Of a DNA stretch of 64,000 bases, positions 1 to 10,215 are shown piece by piece. Both the position numbers and the translations under genes were made by a program. The notes beneath the pieces were generated by a model. The model ran no database searches, was not told the DNA's origin, and saw only the letters and a program-made list of their open reading frames with translations. Origin of the DNA: an uncultured delta proteobacterium (GTDB taxonomy: Bacteria; Bdellovibrionota; FAC87; UBA2466). The stretch spans positions 288,001-352,000 of the forward strand of contig CAVZSV010000005.1 of assembly GCA_963778115.1 (NCBI GenBank). Direction: 5' to 3'. Positions within the stretch are counted from its first letter, which is position 1, and every line of letters starts with the position of its first letter.

Positions 1-1
1 G

Positions 2-931
2 TACGACGTCGACCCCCGATCGGCGGACCCGCTTTAATTGAGATCTTCGACGGTAAAGCAAAGTCATCCAGTGGACGATGCGGGAATGGCCAATGAGCTG
101 CATGATGAAGGGTTCGATATTTCCAAAGCCGGGGACCTCTTCGAGCCGAAACTGATGGGCCCAAGCCAATAGCGGCCTCCACACCAAAATATCCAAGATA
201 AGAATAAGTCCCGCCATCGCAATAATACCGCCCACGATCGCTTTGGTGTCCCCAGCCGCCGAAGCCACCGCCATATAAGCGCCGAGTCCCGGCAGCCGAT
301 ATTCTTGGGTCCCCAGAGTAAAAGCTTCACAAACACTGAGAAAAAACCATCCGCCCGACATCGAAAGAAGGCTATTCCAGACCAGATTCACCGCGGAAAA
401 GGGAAGCTCTATGTGTTTGAGGCGTTCCCAAGCGCTTAGTCCCACCACACGGGAGACTTCGTCAAAATCGGAGGGGAGCGATTTTAGCGACGAGTAGAAG
501 CTAAAGGTCATATTCCAGACCTGACCGGTGAAGATCATGATAATGCACGCAAGCTCTAGCCCGGTGTTGGTGTGAGGAAAGATGGCGATAAGTGCCAGTA
601 CCAATCCCGGTAAGAAACCCAGCACGGGAATGCTCTGCAGAATATCGAGTGCCGGAATAATGAACCGCTCCGCCCGGGGCGATTTGGCGGCCCAAAAACC
701 CACGACCAAAGTGAAGATGAGCGAAAGTACGTAAGCCAGCATTCCCCGAATTCCGGATAGCAAAGTATAGTAGGGAAGAGCGGTCAAGGAGAGGTCGATA
801 GTGGTGGAGGGATGGAAACTTGCTTCCCATTCTCGGCCAAAACAGACTAAGCCGTAAATGATAGTACCGATCAGCAGCAGAACAAGGGCATCGGACGGCG
901 TGTAGCGCGCTCTAATGATGATCTTCTGCAT
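2..931 (-). CDS. ABC transporter permease, NitT/TauT-type duplicated permease (3' end runs off the window)
   Basis: Not in the ORF track; translated by hand from ATG 931 (GAGGA upstream): MQKIIIRARYTPSDALVLLLIG...PALDILQSIPVLGFLPG...FTGQVWNMTFSFYSSLK...LVWNSLLSMSGGWFFLSVCEAF; open to the left edge. Confidence 0.85.
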   Translation of the reverse strand, partial: MQKIIIRARYTPSDALVLLLIGTIIYGLVCFGREWEASFHPSTTIDLSLTALPYYTLLSGIRGMLAYVLSLIFTLVVGFWAAKSPRAERFIIPALDILQSIPVLGFLPGLVLALIAIFPHTNTGLELACIIMIFTGQVWNMTFSFYSSLKSLPSDFDEVSRVVGLSAWERLKHIELPFSAVNLVWNSLLSMSGGWFFLSVCEAFTLGTQEYRLPGLGAYMAVASAAGDTKAIVGGIIAMAGLILILDILVWRPLLAWAHQFRLEEVPGFGNIEPFIMQLIGHSRIVHWMTLLYRRRSQLKRVRRSGVDVV

Positions 932-1078
932 GAAACCGTTATCCTCTGAAGCAAATCCGCCAACGTAGTGTTGGGATTTTTGTCCCCTAAGTCACTCCAA
1001 TTATATAGCAAAGTATAGCAACGTTTTTGAGGGGTTGGCTGCCCTTCCCAACGTCAGCGACGATATAACACAACGCAA

Positions 1079-1106
1079 TAAATATCGCCCGCAAAAATGC
1101 CGATAA
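1079..1106 (+). promoter_or_regulatory. sigma-28 (FliA)-type promoter
   Basis: TAAA-N16-GCCGATAA, 39 nt before the MBOAT start codon. Confidence 0.7.
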
Positions 1107-1145
1107 GTGACTGAAAGGTCTTCTTTTTTAAACCATCAAGGATAG

Positions 1146-2564
1146 ATGCCATTTACCCACTCCATTTTCCTGTTTTATTTTCTACCCTTTTCGCTTTTGG
1201 CGATGCGCATGGTTACCCCATCAAAGGGGCGATTCCCGAACCTAAGCCGAGCGCTTGTCTTTGCGCTTACGCTAGTTTTTTACGGGTGCAAAAATCCCTG
1301 GTGGCTCATACCGTTTTTGATCTGCATCGGTTTTGATTTTGTATGGGCCAGGCTCTTATCTCGTACGGTAGCCCCAAGACTTCGAAAGCTTTGGCTCTCG
1401 CTGTCGGTCATCCAAAACCTAACTTTGCTCGGTATCTTTAAGTACTGGAGTGCGATAGCCGTTGTGTTGGGAAGTCGGCATGGAGGGAATTTCGTCCACT
1501 TCATGTCAACCAACGGCTGGCTCATTTTGCCGCCCGGAATCTCTTTTTATACGTTTGAATCTCTAAGCTTTGTCATTGATGTTTATCGGCGTGAGGTCGA
1601 GCCGCCCCAAAGCCCTCTCGAGTTTTTTGCTTTTATTGGAATGTTCCCCCGTTTTATCGCGGGCCCCATCGTTCGTTACCAGCAGATGAAAGGGCAATTC
1701 GAGAATTACCGGGGAATGGAGATCCAAAACGGATTGTTTCTCTTTTTGATAGGGCTGTTTCTAAAGTGCGGATTTGCCGATAGCTTCAATCAATTTACCC
1801 CGTACGCTTTTGGGCGCGGCTCCAATCTCGAATGGGCTTCCGCTTGGGTTGGAGTCGTTGCTTACGCGATGCAGATCTATTTTGATTTTTCCGGATACTC
1901 ACTTATGGCGATCGGATTGGGGCGTGCGCTCGGATTTCAATTTCCGAGTAATTTTAACAAACCCTACCAGGCGACTTCAGTGTCGGATTTTTGGCGGCGT
2001 TGGCATATGACGCTTTCAAGCTGGCTTCGCGATTATCTCTACATTCCTTTGGGCGGAAACAGAAAGGGAAAGTTGAGAACTTATCTCAATCTTTTTGCGA
2101 CGATGTTAATCGGCGGTATCTGGCATGGGGCTGGTCTTACCTACGTAGTATGGGGCGCGTGGCACGGCCTTATGTTGTGCCTTGAAAGAGCGTTTGGCTG
2201 GGAGGAAAAAATCCCTCGTTCTCTCGGACGCTTTTATACCTTTCTCTTGGTCCTTGTGGGATGGGTGTTCTTTAAAGCGCAGTCTTTGCCGGAAGCTATC
2301 CATATCCTGAAGGTGATGGCCGTTCCGACGGAAATCTTTAAATTCAATCCCGAAGCTTTCCGAATCTCCCCCTTTGCTTCAAGTCTTTGTTTAATGGCAG
2401 TGGGCTATCTTATCGCCATCGAACCTGGTCTCGATCTTAGGGCGCTGGAAACGATACAAGGGATTTCGGTTAGAAAGCAGGTGTGGGCTCTGGTCGGGGC
2501 GATCGTCGCCATACTCCTGTCGCTAAGCGCGGTAACGATCCCATTTCTGTACTTTCAGTTTTAG
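1146..2564 (+). CDS. MBOAT family O-acyltransferase (AlgI/PatA-like)
   Basis: PPGISFYTF, FPRFIAGPIVR, QIYFDFSGYS, FWRRWHMTLSSWLRDYLYIPLGGNR, GIWHGAG, C-terminal FLYFQF. Confidence 0.95.
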   Translation: MPFTHSIFLFYFLPFSLLAMRMVTPSKGRFPNLSRALVFALTLVFYGCKNPWWLIPFLICIGFDFVWARLLSRTVAPRLRKLWLSLSVIQNLTLLGIFKYWSAIAVVLGSRHGGNFVHFMSTNGWLILPPGISFYTFESLSFVIDVYRREVEPPQSPLEFFAFIGMFPRFIAGPIVRYQQMKGQFENYRGMEIQNGLFLFLIGLFLKCGFADSFNQFTPYAFGRGSNLEWASAWVGVVAYAMQIYFDFSGYSLMAIGLGRALGFQFPSNFNKPYQATSVSDFWRRWHMTLSSWLRDYLYIPLGGNRKGKLRTYLNLFATMLIGGIWHGAGLTYVVWGAWHGLMLCLERAFGWEEKIPRSLGRFYTFLLVLVGWVFFKAQSLPEAIHILKVMAVPTEIFKFNPEAFRISPFASSLCLMAVGYLIAIEPGLDLRALETIQGISVRKQVWALVGAIVAILLSLSAVTIPFLYFQF

Positions 2565-3782
2565 ATGCTTATGATGAAAAGAAAGCAAACTCCGATTCTT
2601 CTGTGGACCGCCATCCTCACGGTTCTGAGTTATCATGCGTACCCTATCGTGCGAGGTGGGTTATTTCGTTTTTCGGATCGGATAGAGGTCAGACAAATGG
2701 AGCTTCGCATTGCCGGCAAAAGAGTTTGCTTCTCAGTTCCACACCTTCGATCCTCTCAGAAGAGACTAGATTCCAGTTCCGAGTTTCTGGCTGGGATTGC
2801 ATTCGTTCTTCGTTATTGGGGAGGCGAGACCAACGATTATGCCATTAAAGGAAATGCAAATCCGATTCAGAAATACTTTTTGAGAGAAGACGTCGCTGTC
2901 CACTTTCCTAGTCAAGTGCCAAAAGTAGAGAAACTAGCCCAGGAGTTGAAAACCATTTTTCGCGATCTGGACAAGGCTGGGGTAAGGACTTTGTTGCTAC
3001 CTATCCCGCCCAAGATGGCTTTTTATGAGGACGAATTTAATAAACGTCTTCCGCCATCCGACGAGTGGCAAGCAGAGTCACGGCACGTAAATGAAATCCC
3101 CATGGAGAGTCCCTACCAGGCATATAGGGTGCTTACCGAAAGCGATCCCAAACATATTGTCGATCTCTTTACGACATACCGGCACCATAATCCCAACGAT
3201 CCGAATCATTTTCTTTACGTCCCGTGGGATTACCACTGGAGTTCATTTGGAATCACGGTAGCGGCACAAGCCATTTTGGAAAGCTTGAAATCCCAAGGGA
3301 TAGCGGTGGGGAGGCTCGGGGAACCTCGATTGACAGGAATCCGCCCGGCTTTTTTCCGCGACACGCTTCTTTATCTGACCCAGCTCCCCGACTGGTTTCT
3401 CTTACACTCCAAGAAATTCGACTGGCGAGAGCCGGTCTACGATGTGGATGCGGTATCGGGTTCTCCACAAGGCCGATTGGTAATCGCAGGCTCTAGTTAT
3501 ACCAATCGCCTTCGGGGAACCGGGCACGGTCTGGGGGAAGAACTGCAAATGGCGTTAGGCGGTAAGGTAGTTTACGATGCTGAGGACGGAACTCGCGTCC
3601 GATCGGTTCCCGGGCGAATGGCGTCTCATCATCTTTCTCTCCACAAGGGGGATATTTTCATCTGGGAATTTCCTTTCGACGACGTCGCTTACCCGGGGCC
3701 GACTTTGACTCCCATCGCGGTTGCCGAACAGAGAACTTCAAGTCCTGCTGGGATAGCGCCTAGAGTAAGGGTTAATCCTTAA
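2565..3782 (+). CDS. AlgJ/AlgX-like SGNH-fold O-acetyltransferase partner
   Basis: N-terminal membrane anchor, LLPIPPK, DYHWS (DxH), GSSY; abuts the MBOAT gene. Confidence 0.75.
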   Translation: MLMMKRKQTPILLWTAILTVLSYHAYPIVRGGLFRFSDRIEVRQMELRIAGKRVCFSVPHLRSSQKRLDSSSEFLAGIAFVLRYWGGETNDYAIKGNANPIQKYFLREDVAVHFPSQVPKVEKLAQELKTIFRDLDKAGVRTLLLPIPPKMAFYEDEFNKRLPPSDEWQAESRHVNEIPMESPYQAYRVLTESDPKHIVDLFTTYRHHNPNDPNHFLYVPWDYHWSSFGITVAAQAILESLKSQGIAVGRLGEPRLTGIRPAFFRDTLLYLTQLPDWFLLHSKKFDWREPVYDVDAVSGSPQGRLVIAGSSYTNRLRGTGHGLGEELQMALGGKVVYDAEDGTRVRSVPGRMASHHLSLHKGDIFIWEFPFDDVAYPGPTLTPIAVAEQRTSSPAGIAPRVRVNP

Positions 3783-4040
3783 CGGGCGGCACGCCCGACG
3801 TCACCAGCACAGTCTTGCGACCCCAAGGTGCAGATAGAGTGTCACTTGTATTCCACTTGTCTAAACCTAGAACACGAAATTTCGCTTTTAGTTTCAGGAT
3901 CTAGCCCATGGCCCTGGAAAATAGCTAAAACTTCGACAAACGGAGGAAAGGTTAGCACCTGTCTAAAAGTTGGGCAGTTCTTTGGCTAATCGGCTGAAAC
4001 CGTTTTGCATTTGGGTTGCGGGACTGGTCATGCCGCGAAT

Positions 4041-4056
4041 TGGTACGCGGCTTGCT
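4041..4056 (+). promoter_or_regulatory. sigma-54 (-24/-12) promoter
   Basis: TGGTAC-GCGGC-TTGCT, 46 nt before ATG 4103; TGTCTAAA boxes upstream at 3858 and 3960. Confidence 0.7.
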
Positions 4057-4102
4057 CTATAACTTTACTATCTTGGTTCACTTCTCTAATTCGAGGATAC
4101 AA

Positions 4103-4681
4103 ATGCGAAACCATTTTTACTATCTTATTTCGGCGCTCTTTATCTTCGGTTGTGGAGTGAAGATGTCGGACGTGAATTTGGCAAGTACCCCCGGGGGTTC
4201 GAACGGTGGGCTTTCCCAAGGGGGAGATACCACGGGTGACAGCGGAGGAACTACCGTTTCTTCGGGCGGTACGTCCGGTACGGGATCGGGCACTTCGGGA
4301 ACTTCCGGATCTTCTGGAACTTCAGGATCTGGAAGTTCGAGTACGAATGCTGGCCCGCAAACGGTTACGTTTACCATTCCAAACGGCCAAGGAACCGCTC
4401 CATGGAATACGCAAGCGACAGCCATTAACGTTAAGGTCGGAGACACCATTCATATCGTCAATAACGATGCGACTTCAGGCCAGCCGCACCGGCTGCACAC
4501 CTCGGGCACGTATCCTTGTCCCCATGGCCCGACCAATATCCCCGTCGGTGGATCCTACGATTGCGTCATCGCCGGAACTTACAATTATGCGACCATGCCG
4601 ACTTACGATCACGATGTGAACACATCGGCGACTTTTTATATCAATGTCACCGCGGCAACCCCGGCCGATACTGGGAACTAA
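4103..4681 (+). CDS. lipoprotein with Gly/Ser/Thr linker and cupredoxin-like C-terminal domain
   Basis: ATG 4103 with GAGGA RBS; lipobox-like IFGC; GS-rich linker; INVKVGDTIHIVNND...PHRLH...CPHG...YDH. Confidence 0.65.
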   Translation: MRNHFYYLISALFIFGCGVKMSDVNLASTPGGSNGGLSQGGDTTGDSGGTTVSSGGTSGTGSGTSGTSGSSGTSGSGSSSTNAGPQTVTFTIPNGQGTAPWNTQATAINVKVGDTIHIVNNDATSGQPHRLHTSGTYPCPHGPTNIPVGGSYDCVIAGTYNYATMPTYDHDVNTSATFYINVTAATPADTGN

Positions 4682-4682
4682 A

Positions 4683-5207
4683 TCACTTGATTCGGGGAGT
4701 CGGGGTAAGGAGTCGTACGGTCCAGTGAATGGTGGACGGGGCTCCAAATACTTGACGAAGATATTCCTTCGGAAATCCTGAAGTCTCATCAAAATTAGCA
4801 CTCAAATAGATCTTATCGGGATCGGCTCCTCCAAAGCCTCCCTGAGGGTGCGATGCCTGCACCAACTCTTCGGCTAGGAAACGAAACATCCCCTCGACAT
4901 TCCAATATTCCCAAGCGCTCTTGGGAACCTCATTGCCGTCCGTCGTCATGGAGACCACGATTCCCTGATCGACTTCGATATGATGGTGGCCGTGTTGAAC
5001 GCCCGAAATATCTACCTCCATGGAGTAATGTTTGGGTCCCTGATGAGACCAAAGCATTTCAGCCCCTTTGAGCCGCTCCTGGGTGAGAGGGGGTAGTGTT
5101 CGGCGGGTGGAGAAGACCCAAAGTAAAACGGCGATGAGAAGGGCCACCACCGCCAAAAGAAGTTTTGATCGTCTGGTCCATTTGGGGGATTTTTGGGGAC
5201 TAGTCAT
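4683..5207 (-). CDS. membrane-anchored hypothetical protein (DUF6174-like)
   Basis: Single N-terminal TM; W...GPKHYSM, WNVEGMF, NFDETSGFP; start could be 5243. Confidence 0.55.
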   Translation of the reverse strand: MTSPQKSPKWTRRSKLLLAVVALLIAVLLWVFSTRRTLPPLTQERLKGAEMLWSHQGPKHYSMEVDISGVQHGHHHIEVDQGIVVSMTTDGNEVPKSAWEYWNVEGMFRFLAEELVQASHPQGGFGGADPDKIYLSANFDETSGFPKEYLRQVFGAPSTIHWTVRLLTPTPRIK

Positions 5208-5258
5208 GAGCAGGACCTTCTCAACCTCCAACCGAATCGTCAATGAGACCCGTCCTCG

Positions 5259-5286
5259 ATGTTACAGAAGTTTAATTATACGACAA
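5259..5286 (-). repeat. dif-like 28-bp site, copy 1
   Basis: Minus strand TTGTCGTATAA-TTAAAC-TTCTGTAACAT; 26/28 identical to 31329-31356. Confidence 0.6.
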
Positions 5287-5395
5287 TACGTGAGCTCTCT
5301 TTCGCCGTAACGCCTGGGACCAAAGGACAACGGTTTTTGACATCACAACCCAGGCATCAGTATTATACGTGCGTTTAATAATCCAAGGAGTCACT

Positions 5396-7753
5396 GTGAA
5401 AGCGTTGAAGATTACTGGGATCGTATTGGGCGTCTTGTTGGGACTTTTCGTGCTAGCGGCAATGGTAGTTCCGTTAGTGGTTAACGTAGATGACTACCGC
5501 CCTAAAATTGTAGCGGCTGCGGAAGAACACCTCAATGGAAAGCTAGATCTGGGGCCTCTTTCTTTATCTCTATGGGGCCAGGTGAAAGTGAAGATCGGAG
5601 GGTTCACCCTTTCCGATGCGAAAGGCCGTAAAGTGGTTGCCGCCCAGGACGTTTCTCTCCACGTCCCTTTTTGGTCCATCCTCTTAGGATCACCCGCCGT
5701 GACTTTTTTGATGAAGCAGCCCGAGCTATCGGTTTGGAAAGACCGAACCGGAAAATTAAATGTCCTGACTCTCGTTAAAGGGCAGTCCGTCCCTGGGACA
5801 CCTGCTTCTCGTGGGACACCGGCCGAACCCTCCAAAGGTCTCCCCAAATTGCCGGGAATTGCCGTGCGGTCGAAGATCGACATCGATGTGGAAGATGCGG
5901 TGTTTTCCTACCAGGACGAAAAGAGTGGTCTGACTTCGAAAATAAACGATTTTAATTTGAAGATAAACGACCTGTCGTTAAGCCATCCGATGGATATGGA
6001 CATGTGGGCGACGATGGATACTACTTTGGGAAAGACTCTTATCGTCAAAGGCCCCGCCAAGATGCATGTAGATGCTTCGCCAAAATTCGAAGCAGGGAGT
6101 TTTTCGACCGCGACTTTGAAAGCAACCGTAAATCTAGACGATCTGGTTATTCAAATGCCCGGCACGTTTGAAAAAAAGAAAGGGCAAGCGGCTAATGCCA
6201 CTCTTTCGGCATCGACTACCCCCCAGTTGCTAACGGTAGAGAAAATGGCGGCCACTTTCGCGGCTGCCGAACTGGACGGATCGGGAACGGTAAGTAAATT
6301 GGATACCGATCCGGAATTTAATTTCAAATTCACCTCTAACGAGATCCCTCTAAAGCCTTGGGCGGAATTGGTTCCTCTATTGAAAGAGTATGAACTGGGA
6401 GGCTCGGCATCCTTAGAAGCTACCCTCACAGGCACCACCGAGAAGTTGGGATACACCGCAAATCTGTTGGTGAAAAACGTAACGGCAAAATCCCCCCAGC
6501 TAAAAGCACAGCCGGTACTTAATGGACGGATCCACGTCATCACCGACAAAGTGGACGTCCTTGAGTTTTCCATGAAGGCTCCTGGCAACGAGTTGCGCTT
6601 GGCAGGCAATGTTTCTTCGTTTGTGAGGCCTCAGATACAGATCCAAGTCTCTTCTACGGGAATGGATCTTGATCAGCTAATTCGACTGCCAGCGCCCAGT
6701 AGTTCCGGCACAAACGCAAGTGCGCCAGCTTCCGCTCCTGCGAGAGGGGCTAATCAACCGGCTTCCGATTTCGACAAAATGTTAGATCCCGTGCGCACCA
6801 CCCCAATGCTAGCCGGGACGAATGCAACGGCTCGATGCAATCTAGACTTCGTAAAGATTGACGGCGTTAAAATGACAAATCTGGTGGGGACAATGACCTT
6901 TCGAGATCTTACCGCCAGCATCGCAAGTTTTCGCATGGGAGTGTGGAGCGGAGTCGTTACTGCTAGCGGTGCTGTCCAAATGCGACCTAGGACCCCTCAG
7001 TACAAATTTAATGCTTCGGTGGCGGGGATGGAGTTGAAACAAGCGGTGGAGTCGCAACTTGAGCTTTTCAAAAACACTCTTTTGGGTAAAGCCAGTTTCA
7101 AGATTGAAGGCACCGGGGCTAGCTTTAATCCTCCTGCCGCCAAAGGAAATCTAAACGCTAAGGGAAACCTAAGCGTACAAAATGCAACTTTTGCCACGAT
7201 AGATATCGGAAAGATAGTCACGGAGGCAGCAAACCGCATTTTGGCATCCGTCGCCGCTAAAGTGCCGGCTCTTAAGTCGAGTTCCGTTAAGCCCCCTGCC
7301 AGTATTGACTCTAAGTATTCGGTCATCTCCAGTGATTTTACGATCGCTAACGGCGTATTTAATGCTCCCAATTTCACCGCTAAAGCGGAACCGAACCGAG
7401 GACTTGATCTGAAAGGCGATACCATGGTGGGAATCAAGGACTACTCCTTGAAAGCGACCTGGGAAATTTCCGATACCTACAATTTAAGCAAGTTGAAAGA
7501 CGTCACCGTCGACCAAGCAGGCGTTAAAGTGGAGCACATTCTTGCCGAGGGAAACGGCCCTGTGAAACTTCCGATTCAGGTGGGAGGAACTGTCTTTAGC
7601 CCGCAAGTAAACTACGCAGCGGTGGCTGAGGCTTTGGGAAAAGTGGCGTTGGGCAATATTGGAAAAGGACTTCAGAACAAAGCGCAGCAGGAGCTTCAGA
7701 AAAAAGCGAACGAGACGTTACAGAATTTTGGGAAGAAGTTGTTCGGCAAGTAG
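5396..7753 (+). CDS. AsmA family protein
   Basis: GTG 5396 after AAGGAG; N-terminal TM then VNVDDYRPKIVAAAEEHLNGKLDLG; long beta-rich body. Confidence 0.85.
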   Translation: MKALKITGIVLGVLLGLFVLAAMVVPLVVNVDDYRPKIVAAAEEHLNGKLDLGPLSLSLWGQVKVKIGGFTLSDAKGRKVVAAQDVSLHVPFWSILLGSPAVTFLMKQPELSVWKDRTGKLNVLTLVKGQSVPGTPASRGTPAEPSKGLPKLPGIAVRSKIDIDVEDAVFSYQDEKSGLTSKINDFNLKINDLSLSHPMDMDMWATMDTTLGKTLIVKGPAKMHVDASPKFEAGSFSTATLKATVNLDDLVIQMPGTFEKKKGQAANATLSASTTPQLLTVEKMAATFAAAELDGSGTVSKLDTDPEFNFKFTSNEIPLKPWAELVPLLKEYELGGSASLEATLTGTTEKLGYTANLLVKNVTAKSPQLKAQPVLNGRIHVITDKVDVLEFSMKAPGNELRLAGNVSSFVRPQIQIQVSSTGMDLDQLIRLPAPSSSGTNASAPASAPARGANQPASDFDKMLDPVRTTPMLAGTNATARCNLDFVKIDGVKMTNLVGTMTFRDLTASIASFRMGVWSGVVTASGAVQMRPRTPQYKFNASVAGMELKQAVESQLELFKNTLLGKASFKIEGTGASFNPPAAKGNLNAKGNLSVQNATFATIDIGKIVTEAANRILASVAAKVPALKSSSVKPPASIDSKYSVISSDFTIANGVFNAPNFTAKAEPNRGLDLKGDTMVGIKDYSLKATWEISDTYNLSKLKDVTVDQAGVKVEHILAEGNGPVKLPIQVGGTVFSPQVNYAAVAEALGKVALGNIGKGLQNKAQQELQKKANETLQNFGKKLFGK

Positions 7754-7881
7754 AGCCTCGTCGTCGGCAGATACCATGAGATCAAAGCAGGGGGCCCGTT
7801 CTCTACGCTCCGGTAAGAGTTAGGAAATGTTATTTTTCCATTAAATTTAAGTAGTTAAATTGTTTCTCTAAAGGCCGTGCT

Positions 7882-7897
7882 TGGCAAGTCTAGTGCA
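7882..7897 (+). promoter_or_regulatory. possible sigma-54 promoter
   Basis: TGGCAA-GTCTA-GTGCA with correct GG-N10-GC spacing, AT-rich upstream. Confidence 0.45.
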
Positions 7898-7945
7898 ACG
7901 TGTTGTAGTGCGCTCATCAGTTAAAATTAAACAATTAACTCGCTG

Positions 7946-8922
7946 GTGATTATGGGGCTGATGGGAAAGCACAATTTTGGGTCAGGGAAGTTTTGTCTCT
8001 GCCGGCTAACGGTGAAACTCGCGATGCTGATCGTGGTAGTGGCGTTTGTCCCTACCTCGGCTTGGGCGTCCCTCGATTGCGGTTACCGAGTCATCACGGA
8101 AGGCTCCTGTCCCGAACTGCAAAAGGGTGTGCACGGTTGTCCCGTCCGCCGGTTTAAACTCTTTTCTAGCCAAGACGCTAATGTCGCCGAAGTGATTGTA
8201 GAGATCTACGATCGTAATGGTCAGTTTGATTTTCCGGCGCGGTCTTTTGACCCGGTTTTTAAAGATCCCCTTGTCGGAGATCAATTGCGTTTTTTACATC
8301 ACCGCGCTCTTAGCCGAAGCCAAGGCGAATCGGTCGCGAGTTTCCGCGCGGTGGTTAATGGATTTAAGACCCAGGTCAGTGCCGAATCCGCGGCCCCGCG
8401 TTTACCCCAAGAAGGGATGGGGCCTTCAACGGTAGTGCTTAGCGTTTTCTATGAAGGGAATAATCCGCAAAAGGGCCCGTTTCCGGAAGCTCCGGAACTC
8501 GCGGTAGTGGGGATCGTCTCTGAGCTTTTTTCTATGAAATCAGTGAACTTTATTCTGATTCGTGGAATAAATTAATTTTGCAGTCCGTCCGGCTGGCCTA
8601 TAAACAGAGGCTTTTCGATGTCCCTGATCTGAGGGGTGAAGTCGCTGAACTTTTTCGTCTACGAACTACCTGGCATACGAAGCTCGAATTCTACGACAAC
8701 AAATTAAAACATCACCTGCCTTTTCCCTATGATGCCTTTTTAGAAGGCTTGACGCTGGATGAGTCGAATTTGGACGGACGACTTTCCCCGATGAAAGCGA
8801 ATTTCAAACAGTTCTATCAGCAGATCGACCCCAGACTTGTGGACCTACTGTGGGATGTTCCTTTACCCCCTTTATGGGAGCTCGCCATGGCAGCACCTGT
8901 CTCGGCCGTGGGGCAGCACTAA
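7946..8922 (+). pseudogene. hypothetical secreted protein, probably one gene split by a 1-nt frameshift near 8566 (ORFs 7946-8575 and 8578-8922)
   Basis: Signal-peptide-like MLIVVVAFVPTSAWA; second ORF starts at TTG without RBS; one extra A in GGAATAAATTA fuses them (..RGNKLILQSVRL..). Confidence 0.45.
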
Positions 8923-8939
8923 GCACTAATAAGGTTTGT

Positions 8940-9691
8940 CTAGAGGTCGTTAATTCCCACGACCAACGAAAGATCCCATTTTACCTTCTGCTGGCCCTGG
9001 CCCCAAGCACGGCGCAAGGGTGCCGCCACCCATTCACACGGATCGGAGTTGTTCTTATCCTTGTAAGCCTGTACCGCCGACCAACTGTGCATAAAGCCCA
9101 TCATCTGCTCGACCGTCCAGTTGAGTTGAATCCCAAACTTAGGGGTTTCGATAAGGCGAAACGGCAGATTAAGGGTCAGTAGCCCCCAGGCTTGGAAAGT
9201 TGGATGCGATCCGACCAATAGGTTCTTAGAACGTCATGTTCAAAAGGGCCCAAAATGCTATCAATCTCGGGTGTCACTCCTCCCCCACAATAGGTCCAGG
9301 CGGCAAAGACGCCTTTGGGTTTGAGCACTCTTTTGGCTTCGAGGAAAAAATAATCGTGATCAAACCAGTGCAGAGCGGTGGCTACAATGAGCGCATCGAC
9401 ACTCTTAGATTCGATTCCTGATTTTTCGGCACTGGCGACTCGGTATTTTACGTTGGGAAGGCTGGTTGCGTGAGAGATCTGCTCCGAACTGATATCGGTG
9501 GCAATCACTTCATTAAAATATCGAGCAAGGGTTTGAGCCGCTTGTCCGCTCCCCGTGGCGCAGTCCCACGCTCTTTCTAACGTGGGGGAATGGGAGGCCA
9601 CAAATGCGAAAAGTTCTTCGGGATATCCGGGGCGGAATTTAGCGTATTGGCTAGCCTGTTTCTTAAAAAGCGTTGTGGTTTCCATGGGCAT
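8940..9691 (-). pseudogene. class I SAM-dependent methyltransferase, frameshifted near 9179
   Basis: YAKFRPGYP, AWDCATGSGQ, ATALHWFD in 9176-9691; C-terminal half (TLNLPF...SWSAVQAY) in 8940-9218; GGC TAC TGA becomes GGC TAC CTG ACC with one extra C. Confidence 0.85.
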
Positions 9692-9758
9692 AATCTAGAA
9701 GTCCCCTGCGGAGTTGTCATGACGCAGATTTTTAGAAAAATGTGGTAGAATTTTCCTT

Positions 9759-10202
9759 GTGTTGCACAGGGTTTCCGTAGCCGAACTGAAACGATCCGGC
9801 CTTTTTAAGAACGCCTATCGAGTGGTGGTCATGCAGTACTATCCCAGGTTTTTGGCTAAAGCGAAAATCGAGGAAAATATCCATGCTCTAGCTCCCCAGA
9901 GAACTCTGTTTACCCAGTTCAAGGCCAAAGAAAAAGAGTGTCGGGACCATAATCTTGCTTTCGAAGCGGTCAATTACGAATCGCGCTTTGAAGTCACCGC
10001 CGAGGGGAGACTTCACTTGGAAAGGCTTTCCCAAATGGCCCGAGAAAAAGAGGTCTTTCTCGTTTGCCAATGCCTTGCGTTGGATCGTTGTCACGCGGAT
10101 TTACTCTTGCTCACGGCGAAAGTACATTTTCAAGCCCCCATTCAGCGGCTACGGTGTCGGTATCCCGTCTACGAAGCCCGGTTGGCTAAAGAGATCCTGT
10201 AA
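9759..10202 (+). CDS. DUF488/YeaO-like protein
   Basis: RVVVMQYYPR, LAP, LVCQC....RCHADLL. Confidence 0.65.
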   Translation: MLHRVSVAELKRSGLFKNAYRVVVMQYYPRFLAKAKIEENIHALAPQRTLFTQFKAKEKECRDHNLAFEAVNYESRFEVTAEGRLHLERLSQMAREKEVFLVCQCLALDRCHADLLLLTAKVHFQAPIQRLRCRYPVYEARLAKEIL

Positions 10203-10215
10203 GGAGGCATCCCGT

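Noticed and set aside
64..830. ORFs 64-336 and 501-830
   Set aside because: Alternative frames overlapping the real ABC permease that starts at 931
9955..10215. N-terminal extension of the cupin ORF
   Set aside because: Overlaps the DUF488-like gene; a strong RBS supports ATG 10216
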